Positions 28,891 to 39,299 of a stretch of DNA of 64,000 nucleotides are shown here, in pieces. Below the pieces are notes generated by a model that was given only the letters and a program-made list of their open reading frames with translations, did no database searches and was not told the origin of the DNA. Location of the stretch: assembly GCA_964384105.1 (NCBI GenBank), contig CAYLJV010000001.1, positions 416,001 to 480,000 of the forward strand, read 5' to 3'. Made by a program: the position numbers and the translations under genes. The first letter of the stretch is position 1. Each line of letters starts with the position of its first letter. The DNA comes from Candidatus Hadarchaeota archaeon (GTDB lineage: Archaea; Hadarchaeota; Hadarchaeia; Hadarchaeales; JAGGTB01).

Positions 28891-31404
28891 ATGAACAAAC
28901 TTAAGTCACACCCAGACAAAACACTATATTCTCATTTAAAAAATTCGGCAGCCTTGTCTGAAGAAATTGTTGGGTCAAAAAATTTCCAAAACAAGAGTAT
29001 CTATTCAACGATGGCGTATATGAATGCTACAGCCCACGATTTTGCTAAATCCACAACTTTTTTTCAAGATTGGTTGGAGAAGGGTGAAAGAAGTGAAAAG
29101 GCCAGACATGGACATCTATCCTCATTATTTGGATATTACCTGGTAGATGAATATCTTATCCAGCAGGATTTAAAGGAAGAATTCGCTAATTTACCGGTGA
29201 TATCCTTTGTTGTCATAAACAAGCATCATGGAAATTTACTGAACATCAGAGGAGGACACTCTAATTTTACTGATAAAATCAAAGACAAAGGAAATAAAGA
29301 AATAATCAAAAAACAGGTAAAAGATATAACAGAAAATCATCTCGATGAAGTGAAATCGATATATGAAGATCTATTCAGTGAAATAGATTTCGAAGTAAAA
29401 ATATTAAATTTTTTTAAAAGATTGGGTGATGATTTCTATTTTGAAGTCTATCAGGCTTTGAAAGCCTTGTCTAGAGGAGGGGGTATGGAAAAGTATACAG
29501 ATATTATGTTTTTTTATTCAGTTTTACTTGATTCGGACAAATTAGACGCCTCAGGTATAGAATCTACACCGTTGAGATGGGATAAACCATTAGATGAAGA
29601 AATAATTAATCAATATAAAGAGAGTAAATTTGGAGAACCGGAATTAGAGATAAATAAGGTACGCGAAAAAGCCTATATGGATGTGAATAACTCAGTAAAA
29701 GATATAAGTTTAGAAGATAGGCTTCTATCGATAAACTTACCTACCGGTTCTGGAAAGACTTTGACTGCACTCTCTGCGGCATTCAATTTAAGAAATAGGA
29801 TAGGAAAAGAATATAACTTCACGCCAAAGATAATCTATTCTTTACCTTTTCTCAGCATCATAGATCAGAACAGTTCTGTTTTTAGAGAAGTTTTAGCCGA
29901 GGAAGTGGGATTGGAATGGGAAAAGATTTTTGAAATGGAGGATGGTGAAAAAGAAGAGCTACTAAAAGAGCATGTTCCGTCGAACTTATTGCTTACGCAT
30001 CATCATCTAGCGGATGTGGAGTATAAAGAGGGAGGAGAGGAAGATGAGATATATAATTATGGGGGTCTTCTGGATTCACTTCTTTTGACTGAGGGGTGGT
30101 ATTCAGAAATAGTTGTATCGACTTTCGTTCAGTTGTTCCACAGTCTGATAACAAATAGAAATAGATCTGCACGAAAATTTCACAATATCACGAATTCTAT
30201 TATTATACTAGATGAAGTTCAGTCTATACCGTTCAGATACTGGAAACTCGTAAATAATATTTTAAGCATTTTATCCGAAAAATTCAACTGCTGGATTCTA
30301 TTTATGACGGCTACTAAACCATTAATCTTCAATGAAAATGAGATGGTTGAGATCGCATCTGCAAAAGAAGAATACTTTAAGTTTTTTGACAGAATCAAAT
30401 ACGAATTTGAACTTCAAGTCGAAAAATTAGATGAGTTGAAGAATCGGATTCTAGATGAAAAGGATAAAAAAGATATCATGGTGGTTATGAACACCATTAA
30501 TTCTTGTAAAACCATATATGAAGATTTAAAGCAGCGACTAAATCATCACTACTCTTGTAAGGTTGATGATGATGGGATATGCCAATTCAGGGATGTGGAG
30601 CTGATAAATCTTTCTACTCATGTCTTGCCTTCTACGAGGATGCAAAGAATAAGCCGTATAAAAAACGACAGCAAACAAAAAATCATCGTTACAACACAAT
30701 TGATCGAAGCTGGAGTCGATATTAGTGTAGATTTGGTATATAGAGACCTTGCCCCACTAGATTCCATAATACAAACAGCAGGGAGATGTAATAGGGAATT
30801 CGACAAAGGTATCGGAATTACGAGAGTTATAAAACTTAAAGATGAAAATAGCAAAAGAGAAAAAGACTATCATTCTTATATATATGATCCCACCATAATC
30901 GAGGCAACCAAAGATGTCATCAAAGAATTTGATAGAGAAGTGCGAGAAAGAAAATTCAATTTGAAAGGAACAAATAATTACTTTGAAATGATTCTCGAAA
31001 GAAAAGTTCAAGATAAAGAGGTTTTAGATGATATCGATAAGTTAAGGTTCATTGAAATATCTGATTTTAGCTTAATTGAAGAAGATGTAGAATCGATATC
31101 TTTGTATGTGGAGGTAGATGAGGTTGCTAGAAATTTAAGAAAAAGCTTAGAAGAGGAACTATTCGAAGTGAGAGGGTTCGAAAGAAAAGAAAAATTCCTG
31201 AAGTGGCGAAAGGAATTGAACGAGTACATGTTGTCTGTTAAAGGTAGTGGAGACGTAATCAACAAAATTAAGGATTTACCTCCGTTTTTAGGTAATGAAG
31301 GCATCCGAGTTATTTCAAATAAGGAAAAAGATAATTGGTTTGATCCTGAGACCGGCTTTAAAGTACCGGATTCAACTTTTGATTCACGTTTCATAACATC
31401 ATGA
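28891..31404 (+). CDS. cas3: Cas3 HD nuclease-helicase
   Basis: SHP..L..H, HDFAK, HHG, PTGSGKT, DEVQ, MTAT, TQLIEAGVD, QTAGRCNR. Confidence 0.96.
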   Translation: MNKLKSHPDKTLYSHLKNSAALSEEIVGSKNFQNKSIYSTMAYMNATAHDFAKSTTFFQDWLEKGERSEKARHGHLSSLFGYYLVDEYLIQQDLKEEFANLPVISFVVINKHHGNLLNIRGGHSNFTDKIKDKGNKEIIKKQVKDITENHLDEVKSIYEDLFSEIDFEVKILNFFKRLGDDFYFEVYQALKALSRGGGMEKYTDIMFFYSVLLDSDKLDASGIESTPLRWDKPLDEEIINQYKESKFGEPELEINKVREKAYMDVNNSVKDISLEDRLLSINLPTGSGKTLTALSAAFNLRNRIGKEYNFTPKIIYSLPFLSIIDQNSSVFREVLAEEVGLEWEKIFEMEDGEKEELLKEHVPSNLLLTHHHLADVEYKEGGEEDEIYNYGGLLDSLLLTEGWYSEIVVSTFVQLFHSLITNRNRSARKFHNITNSIIILDEVQSIPFRYWKLVNNILSILSEKFNCWILFMTATKPLIFNENEMVEIASAKEEYFKFFDRIKYEFELQVEKLDELKNRILDEKDKKDIMVVMNTINSCKTIYEDLKQRLNHHYSCKVDDDGICQFRDVELINLSTHVLPSTRMQRISRIKNDSKQKIIVTTQLIEAGVDISVDLVYRDLAPLDSIIQTAGRCNREFDKGIGITRVIKLKDENSKREKDYHSYIYDPTIIEATKDVIKEFDREVRERKFNLKGTNNYFEMILERKVQDKEVLDDIDKLRFIEISDFSLIEEDVESISLYVEVDEVARNLRKSLEEELFEVRGFERKEKFLKWRKELNEYMLSVKGSGDVINKIKDLPPFLGNEGIRVISNKEKDNWFDPETGFKVPDSTFDSRFITS

Positions 31405-31412
31405 TGTGATAA

Positions 31413-31619
31413 TTGAGAAAAAGAAAGAGAGGGTTATGAAGAAAATACAATAATGGAAAAGATAGAGATGAGATCCTAGAAGAATTCGATATTTCATCAC
31501 AGACTGTGCGTGCTATAAAAGCTCACTTAACTATGAGAACTTATTCTTTTGAAACGCAGGATGTTATAGATGCTTTAGAAACAAATTTGATCTCGAAAGA
31601 GATTGATAAGAAACTTTAG
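31413..31619 (+). pseudogene. Frameshifted remnant of a small HTH-like protein gene
   Basis: IEKKKERVMKKIQ, then a frameshift, then NGKDRDEILEEFDISSQTVRAIKAHLTMRTY...KKL*. Confidence 0.35.
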
Positions 31620-31958
31620 GCATAACATAGAACAATTATAAACTAGATTAAGTATTGCCAATGAAAGAAAATAATTTCAGAAAAATTATAAAGTAAATAG
31701 AAAAAATCCTATCTTTTAAAAAAGAATTGAAAGAACGCTCGAGAGTAAAATTCTTAGAAAGCGTTTCTTATTCATAATCTCTAAATTTTCATTTCTCTTT
31801 AGCTTCAGCAGATCTGAATGGAATTGATCAATATTTATGAAAAAGGTCTTATATTATAATTTCGAACCATTTAGTAAGAAGAGAAAAACTATTTATCTTC
31901 TTGAGAAATCTTCCAACAAAATTTTTGAAGGAAACAAGTCATTATTTAGATTCGGATC

Positions 31959-32471
31959 ATGAAGAATATCTTCACAAAATCTAATTACATCCGAGGAACC
32001 GAAGTAAATTACTACTTTATCTGCAAGCGAAAACTCTGGCTTTTTTCTCATAATATACAGCTTGAAAAAGAACATGAGAATGTTAAGCTGGGAAAACTCC
32101 TACACGAAAAATCATTCAAGAGAGAGGAGAAGGACGTTCGTCTAGGACCTATAGCCTTTGATTTTGTCAGGAAGGAGAACAAACTTGAACTCCATGAAAC
32201 TAAGAAAAGCTCTAAAATGAAGGAGGCTCACAAGTTTCAAGTTCTTTATTATCTTCACTACTTGGAAAATAAGGGTGTGGAAGCTGAGGCCGTTATACAT
32301 TTTCCTAACGAGAGAAAAAAGGAAAGATTGAATCTAAACGATGAAATGAGGAAAAAAATAAGGGAAGTCCTGAGCAGGATCGAGGAGATTAAAAAGAAAG
32401 AGAATATACCGGCATCTAAGAAAAGCAGATTGTGCCGAAAATGCGCTTACTATGAATTCTGTTGGGTTTGA
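31959..32471 (+). CDS. cas4: Cas4
   Basis: GT.VNYY.ICKRKLW, G..LH, D, E.KKS, Q..YYL, C..CAYYEFC. Confidence 0.96.
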   Translation: MKNIFTKSNYIRGTEVNYYFICKRKLWLFSHNIQLEKEHENVKLGKLLHEKSFKREEKDVRLGPIAFDFVRKENKLELHETKKSSKMKEAHKFQVLYYLHYLENKGVEAEAVIHFPNERKKERLNLNDEMRKKIREVLSRIEEIKKKENIPASKKSRLCRKCAYYEFCWV

Positions 32472-32600
32472 GAGGAGTTTAATCACTCTATTAAAATAGA
32501 GTAGAAGGACTAAGTCAGTAGAATATAATCTAGAGAAAAGAACAAATTACCAGATTAAATTAGAGTCATTTATAAAGTTAAGGTTACATAAAAATAAAAC

Positions 32601-33884
32601 ATGAACGAAGATATTCTTCTTGAGTGGAACCCTTGGTGGCAGGAGGAGATAGAACTTGAATACGTTGAAAGAGACATAGGTAACACGATAGAGCGGTGGA
32701 TGAGGAGACCGAATGTAATTGCTCTAACGGGAGCAAGAAGAAGTGGAAAAACTACATTGATGTATATAACCATCAGAAATCTTTTGAAGGAGGTTCCCCC
32801 TGAACAGATACTATTCGTTAAATGTGATGACGAGAGGGTGGAGGAACCGATAATAGAAAGGGCGAGAGAGAAACATATTGAGTTGTTTAATCCTGAGGGG
32901 AAAAAATTCCTTTTTCTTGATGAAGTTCAGAACGCAGAGAACTGGAATCAGACTGTAAAAAGAATCTATGATTTGGACGAAGATATCAAGATATTTCTTT
33001 CTGGTTCTAGGCTTCTGAAAGAAGAGATCAGTTCATCTCTAGCGGGGAGGTGTGCTTATTTTGGGGTCTATCCTTTTAGTTTTAAAGAGTTCTTGAGTGC
33101 GAAGGGTGTGAAAATCGAAGATGAACTGGATAAAATCGCTAGAAAAGGTGAGATAAAGCATCACCTACGTGAGTATTTAGAATGGGGTGGATTCCCAGAA
33201 ATAGTGCTTGAAAAAGAGGAAGATATGAAAGGTGAACTGCTGGGTTTCTATTCGGATACGATTCTATATCGAGACGTTGTGGAACGGTCCAACATTCAAA
33301 AAGTCGATAAGATAGAGAAACTAAAGGCGTTTTTGATGGCGAATACCTCGAACCCAGTGAGCTATAGTAAGATAGCAAAACGATTGGGAATCTCACTAGA
33401 CAGCGTATCGGCGTATATAAGGGAAATGGAAAATGCTTATTACTTTTTTTCGGTCCCTAGATTTTCATTCTCCGTAAAGAAACAGCAGGTAAATCCCAAA
33501 AAGATTTACTGTATTGATAATGGGTTGAGAAATCATGCTGGATTCAGATTCAGTGATGATATCGGACGGCTCTATGAAAACACAGTATTTGTTCATCTTA
33601 AAAGAGGGGAAGGGGAGATCTATTACTGGAAGGATGATAGAAACAGGGAAACAGATTTTATAGTTAAGGGTGACAGGAAGGTGGAAAAAGCTCTACAAGT
33701 ATGTTACGATGTAGAAGAAACTGGGGACAGAGAAGTCGATGGCCTGATATCAGCTCTCGATGAATTTGATTTAAAGAGGGGGGTCATCATAACCTCCGAC
33801 TATGAGGATCTGGAGAAAATCAAGGGGAGGACTGTGAAGTATATCCCTCTCTGGAAATGGCTACTTGAGCAAAATGAAGAATAA
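32601..33884 (+). CDS. AAA+ ATPase with DUF4143 / PD-(D/E)xK-like C-terminus
   Basis: NPWW, GARRSGKT, LDEVQ, SGS, L.GR, GGFPE, K.Y..DNG, EN.V, E.DF, .QV. Confidence 0.9.
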   Translation: MNEDILLEWNPWWQEEIELEYVERDIGNTIERWMRRPNVIALTGARRSGKTTLMYITIRNLLKEVPPEQILFVKCDDERVEEPIIERAREKHIELFNPEGKKFLFLDEVQNAENWNQTVKRIYDLDEDIKIFLSGSRLLKEEISSSLAGRCAYFGVYPFSFKEFLSAKGVKIEDELDKIARKGEIKHHLREYLEWGGFPEIVLEKEEDMKGELLGFYSDTILYRDVVERSNIQKVDKIEKLKAFLMANTSNPVSYSKIAKRLGISLDSVSAYIREMENAYYFFSVPRFSFSVKKQQVNPKKIYCIDNGLRNHAGFRFSDDIGRLYENTVFVHLKRGEGEIYYWKDDRNRETDFIVKGDRKVEKALQVCYDVEETGDREVDGLISALDEFDLKRGVIITSDYEDLEKIKGRTVKYIPLWKWLLEQNEE

Positions 33885-34848
33885 TTACTATATAAACTCG
33901 GACGGACAGCTTAATCGTAGAGAAAACACCATATATTTTGAAAATGTCAACACTAGAAAACCTATTCCTATAGAAAAGATCTATTCACTCTACATCTTCG
34001 GTTCAGTGACAGTATCTTCACAGGCCTTAAGACTCTTCAGCAAGAAGAACACCCCAATTCACTTTTACAGTAGAAATGATTACTACTCGGGTTCGTTCTA
34101 TCCTAGGGAATCACTAGTTTCCGGTGACGTTTTGGTCAAACAAGCTGCTCACTATAATGATAATAAAAAACGTATTGAGCTTGCGAAAAAATTCGTCGAA
34201 GGGGCTTGTAAGAATATCTGTAGAAATCTATCGAGATATGAGAGAGAAAAAGAGAAGAAGAGGATAGAAAACACCTTGCAAGGTTTGGACGGGGTGAAAC
34301 GGATTACAGAGTTAATGAACATAGAGGGTCGTTGCAGAAAAATCTACTACCGCGCCTTTGATGAGATACTTCCAAAAAAATTCAATTTCACCGTAAGAAA
34401 AAAGATGCCCCCGAATAATATGGCTAATGCGTTGATAAGTTTCGGAAATTCTTTGATGTACGGTTCAGCGCTTACTGAGATATACAAAACTCAACTAAAT
34501 CCCACAATTTCCTACCTTCACGAGCCATCGGAGAGGCGTTACTCTCTGTCATTGGACTTAGCCGATATATTCAAGCCAGTTATCGTGGATAGAACAATAT
34601 TTTACCTGACCAACAAAGGGAAGCTCACGGAGGATGATTTTAGGAAGGACCTTAACAGGTGTTTACTGAACGACAAGGGGAGGAAAAAGTTTCTAGAGAG
34701 ATATGATAGTACGATGAAAAGAACAATTAAACATAGAAATCTTGGGAGAAAAGTATCCTACAGGAGGTTAGTTAGACTGGAGTGTTACAAGCTTGTAAAA
34801 CATATTATTGGTGAGAAGGATTACAAACCTTTCGTGATATGGTGGTAG
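33874..34848 (+). CDS. cas1: Type I-B Cas1
   Basis: G.L.R.ENT, GSFYP, MNIEG, PP.N..NA.ISF.NS, ISYLHEP, L.LD.ADIFKP, PF..WW. Confidence 0.97.
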   Translation: MKNNYYINSDGQLNRRENTIYFENVNTRKPIPIEKIYSLYIFGSVTVSSQALRLFSKKNTPIHFYSRNDYYSGSFYPRESLVSGDVLVKQAAHYNDNKKRIELAKKFVEGACKNICRNLSRYEREKEKKRIENTLQGLDGVKRITELMNIEGRCRKIYYRAFDEILPKKFNFTVRKKMPPNNMANALISFGNSLMYGSALTEIYKTQLNPTISYLHEPSERRYSLSLDLADIFKPVIVDRTIFYLTNKGKLTEDDFRKDLNRCLLNDKGRKKFLERYDSTMKRTIKHRNLGRKVSYRRLVRLECYKLVKHIIGEKDYKPFVIWW

Positions 34849-34849
34849 A

Positions 34850-35113
34850 ATGTACTACGTAGCTGTCTATGACGTGAGTGTAGATCGGGTTAACAAGGTA
34901 AAGAAGGTTTTCCGCGAATACATGGACTGGATTCAAAACTCGGTATTCGAAGGCCAGCTTACTAAAAGCGAAAAAGAAGAACTTGAGACTAGAATCAGGG
35001 AGATCATAGAGGAGAACGAAGATATGATAGTTTTCTACTCTACTAGGAGTAAGAAGTATCTGGAGAAGGAAATCATTGGAGTAGAGAAAACTCCAACGGG
35101 GACGGTTATTTGA
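34850..35113 (+). CDS. cas2: Cas2
   Basis: YDV..RV.KV.K..R.Y..WIQNSVFEG. Confidence 0.97.
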   Translation: MYYVAVYDVSVDRVNKVKKVFREYMDWIQNSVFEGQLTKSEKEELETRIREIIEENEDMIVFYSTRSKKYLEKEIIGVEKTPTGTVI

Positions 35114-35229
35114 TTGGCATCATCTGTGTATCTTTATAAATAGAGGACGGGATTGTGGGTGCGAGATAAACATTTACAAATGAGGGAATATACATTCTTT
35201 ATCGGCAAAAACAAGCAAAAAACCGCCGG
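35114..35229 (+). promoter_or_regulatory. CRISPR leader with TATA box
   Basis: Non-coding stretch between cas2 and the first repeat; contains CTTTATAAAT. Confidence 0.75.
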
Positions 35230-38200
35230 CTTAGAATCAGACTACTGTAGGATTGAAATTACATGGTAAAATCAAATGTCACGATCGACAGAGCTTCTTA
35301 GAATCAGACTACTGTAGGATTGAAATACAATAATTAAAAATATTGGTTCAGTTCAGGAAGAATACTTAGAATCAGACTACTGTAGGATTGAAATCTTTCT
35401 CAGGCATGGCAGTTAAAGCAACAGCTGATTTTGCTTAGAATCAGACTACTGTAGGATTGAAATATGCAGTCGCAGATGTTTTTCGGTGGTTGGTGGACAT
35501 CTTAGAATCAGACTACTGTAGGATTGAAATGTTGATATCTCCGACGATGTTTCGTTTGTTTCGATGACTTAGAATCAGACTACTGTAGGATTGAAATAGA
35601 TTTTCTTTTACTTCTTTCCCCCATTGATATAATACTTAGAATCAGACTACTGTAGGATTGAAATTTTGCATTAGTATTAATAGCTCTACTAGCATAATCA
35701 TAACTTAGAATCAGACTACTGTAGGATTGAAATTCTATTGAAAAAGACTGTATAAGTGGAGAATGACAATTACTTAGAATCAGACTACTGTAGGATTGAA
35801 ATAGATTTTCTTTTACTTCTTTCCCCCATTGATATAATACTTAGAATCAGACTACTGTAGGATTGAAATTTTGCATTAGTATTAATAGCTCTACTAGCAT
35901 AATCATAACTTAGAATCAGACTACTGTAGGATTGAAATTCTATTGAAAAAGACTGTATAAGTGGAGAATGACAATTACTTAGAATCAGACTACTGTAGGA
36001 TTGAAATCTCAGTTCCTAAGCTAATTGCAGTACCACCAGTTATCCTTAGAATCAGACTACTGTAGGATTGAAATAAAGAGATAAATCCACGAACAGAATT
36101 ACCAGACGAATGCTTAGAATCAGACTACTGTAGGATTGAAATGATAACAAGTAAATCAGTAGGTCCTGGAGATATTCCTCCTTAGAATCAGACTACTGTA
36201 GGATTGAAATGCTAGTTATGTTGTCTGGAAAGATTCGGGAGGAACGACTTAGAATCAGACTACTGTAGGATTGAAATCTAATAATGTGGACGATGGTGAC
36301 GATACCTATGCGATCTTAGAATCAGACTACTGTAGGATTGAAATTGATAACTAGTGGAATAGGTGTATTAGCGGGCGTAACTTAGAATCAGACTACTGTA
36401 GGATTGAAATGTTAAAGAATCGGATCACGCGATGGACGCCATGCGATACTTAGAATCAGACTACTGTAGGATTGAAATATATACCCGAAAAAAGATTCGG
36501 GATAGATACACATAAACTTAGAATCAGACTACTGTAGGATTGAAATCCTTTCGGAGGGGATTTTAATTAAAACCAGAAAAAACTTAGAATCAGACTACTG
36601 TAGGATTGAAATAGCTTTGAGGTCACAGAAACATACTCCCCGTCGGCCTCCTTAGAATCAGACTACTGTAGGATTGAAATATATACCCGAAAAAAGATTC
36701 GGGATAGATACACATAAACTTAGAATCAGACTACTGTAGGATTGAAATCCTTTCGGAGGGGATTTTAATTAAAACCAGAAAAAACTTAGAATCAGACTAC
36801 TGTAGGATTGAAATAGCTTTGAGGTCACAGAAACATACTCCCCGTCGGCCTCCTTAGAATCAGACTACTGTAGGATTGAAATTTGAATCCGCATCAATGA
36901 GAATATACAGCCGGCGTAGCTTAGAATCAGACTACTGTAGGATTGAAATTTAGGCTAGAAAACAAAGAAGAAGGTAGGATATAATGACTTAGAATCAGAC
37001 TACTGTAGGATTGAAATTACAGAGTTTATTCCAGTAATTTTGGTGTGAGCAAGCTTAGAATCAGACTACTGTAGGATTGAAATGATGGTACTGATGAAGA
37101 ATTGATTAGTGTTACTGGGGAACTTAGAATCAGACTACTGTAGGATTGAAATTTAATAATGGTTTGAAGGACAGGCTTTGTAATATCGACTTAGAATCAG
37201 ACTACTGTAGGATTGAAATTCCTCGAACACTCTTGGTAGTGCATTCATTGATTCGGGACTTAGAATCAGACTACTGTAGGATTGAAATCCTATTAATCTT
37301 ATTGAAAACTGCTTACGAGCCATCCTTCTTAGAATCAGACTACTGTAGGATTGAAATTTTTCTTCTGGTTATGCTTTTGGATCACAGGGGGGATACTTAG
37401 AATCAGACTACTGTAGGATTGAAATGAATCATCAATATTCGTAGAATTTTCTAATATATGACTTAGAATCAGACTACTGTAGGATTGAAATATACTCGTT
37501 ACTACAAGTATTGTTGATAAGAGGGCCTCACCTTAGAATCAGACTACTGTAGGATTGAAATGTAACCTCCTCATCGAACCAGTCCGCCCGACTATCAGGC
37601 TTAGAATCAGACTACTGTAGGATTGAAATACAAATAGGATCAGGTACTACTACTTTTCTTGATGTCTTAGAATCAGACTACTGTAGGATTGAAATGTTCG
37701 AGAGATAACTGGTGGTGGTACTGCAGTTAGCTTACTTAGAATCAGACTACTGTAGGATTGAAATTATTTCGATTAAAACGCTTGGTTATGATGGTACTGC
37801 CTTAGAATCAGACTACTGTAGGATTGAAATACAAATAGGATCAGGTACTACTACTTTTCTTGATGTCTTAGAATCAGACTACTGTAGGATTGAAATGTTC
37901 GAGAGATAACTGGTGGTGGTACTGCAGTTAGCTTACTTAGAATCAGACTACTGTAGGATTGAAATTATTTCGATTAAAACGCTTGGTTATGATGGTACTG
38001 CCTTAGAATCAGACTACTGTAGGATTGAAATTTTCTTTTCGACCTTCGAGGTTGTAAGATAACATGTGCTTAGAATCAGACTACTGTAGGATTGAAATAT
38101 ATGCGGTAAAAGGATTGAGGCAATGAACAGGAAGCACTTAGAATCAGACTACTGTAGGATTGAAATTTTCTCAGAGACCTCCCTAATCTGACCTAGTATC

Positions 38201-38438
38201 GAATCTTAGAATCAGACTACTGTAGGATTGAAATATATGCGGTAAAAGGATTGAGGCAATGAACAGGAAGCACTTAGAATCAGACTACTGTAGGATTGAA
38301 ATCATATCAATATAATCGTCTGTTAATAAATCAGTGACAACTTAGAATCAGACTACTGTAGGATTGAAATGATAAGGAATTATTCGATGACTTACACAAG
38401 TTCAGTAACTTAGAGCCAGACTACTGTAGGATTGAAAG
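35230..38438 (+). CRISPR. CRISPR array; 30-bp repeat CTTAGAATCAGACTACTGTAGGATTGAAAT; 48 repeats (last degenerate), 47 spacers of 36-40 nt (37 unique)
   Basis: Counted by eye; ATTGAAA(T/G) 3' end, leader position and degenerate terminal repeat all indicate + strand transcription. Confidence 0.98.
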
Positions 38439-39071
38439 TAGCTTGGGAAGATAATTGAATGCGAAGTAGCCTCCGAAAATTAGAAGAGTCAGACTACAGG
38501 CTATTAGTAAACCTCGGTAGAACTTACTTCCTATTATCCTCTTTCCTTTGTGTATGGAATATGACATGGAGGAGAACCATCCTATATCCGCAGAGAAGTG
38601 CCCCGCTAACCAGAATCCACCACCAATCACTCCTGTTTCCCTGATCGCACTTGTTAATGTTGCGAGCCCTACCGTCATCCACCAAAGTGCTACACTAGGA
38701 TTAAAAATAGTACTGAAGAGAATACCGCCGGTTATGGGATGGTGTTTGCCCCCTGCTATTTCTTTGGTACCCTTTTCAGGTTCCCTGATTCTTCTGAGGA
38801 TTGACAAACCGAGTCCTAGTAGTAATATCCCTCCTACAGTTCCAATAGAGAGGGTGAAAATCTGGCTTTTTAAAAAGGTCCCAAGTCCAAAGGCTATAAG
38901 GGAAACTATTCCGATCTCTACGATAATATGTCCGATAGCAGCTAGTGAACCTGATTTTGGGCCAGAGTTTAGCGTTTTCATGGTTATGAATGCCAATAAA
39001 GGCCCAGGTATTAGAGCTCCTGATAGTGCAATCGTAAATCCAATACTGAACTGAAGTAAAAGATCGAACAT
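38421..39071 (-). CDS. LysE family translocator
   Basis: ALSGAL.PGPL, G......GH...E, NP....WW..VG, GH..AD..W. Confidence 0.88.
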   Translation of the reverse strand: MFDLLLQFSIGFTIALSGALIPGPLLAFITMKTLNSGPKSGSLAAIGHIIVEIGIVSLIAFGLGTFLKSQIFTLSIGTVGGILLLGLGLSILRRIREPEKGTKEIAGGKHHPITGGILFSTIFNPSVALWWMTVGLATLTSAIRETGVIGGGFWLAGHFSADIGWFSSMSYSIHKGKRIIGSKFYRGLLIACSLTLLIFGGYFAFNYLPKLLSILQ

Positions 39072-39077
39072 TTTAAC

Positions 39078-39228
39078 CTACTGGCATTTATTTACCTTTG
39101 TTTTGATTGTTCATTTGCTGTTCTCTTCTCTAATAGCTAGTAGTTCCTGATTCATTTCTTCTAAGACCATTGGGGTTTCTTTTTCGGAACGGAATGAGTT
39201 CACGTGATTTCTAATAGTATTCCTCTTC
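39078..39228 (-). pseudogene. Decayed duplicate of the C-terminal half of tusA
   Basis: EIT*THS-SEKETPMVLEEMNQELLAIREENSK*TIKTKV versus intact EITGTHSASEKEIPMAVKEMDHELLDIREENSKWIIKIKV at 41270-41494. Confidence 0.85.
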
Positions 39229-39299
39229 TGATAACTTAATGTACACTTTCGTACTCCAAAGCCTTAAATATACCTATAAGTATTGATTATGGGATAAAT

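Noticed and set aside
31660-31780. Possible minimal nucleotidyltransferase remnant (IEKILSFKKELKER..VK)
   Set aside because: No GS..RG or DxD motif visible; too degraded to call
37146-37909. ORFs with repeated LESDYCRIEI
   Set aside because: They are translations of CRISPR repeats and spacers, not genes
35230-38438. Self-targeting spacers within the window
   Set aside because: No convincing match seen by eye; a proper BLAST is needed
38480-38512. Repeat-like TTAGAA-GAG-TCAGACTACAGG inside lysE, about one period after the last repeat
   Set aside because: It needs indels to align and lies in a normal LysE C-terminal TM helix; chance similarity cannot be excluded
16406-39228. In-frame TGA codons in the folP and tusA remnants as Sec/Trp/Gly recoding
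   Set aside because: The same remnants also carry frameshifts, and TGA terminates many intact genes here; ordinary decay explains them
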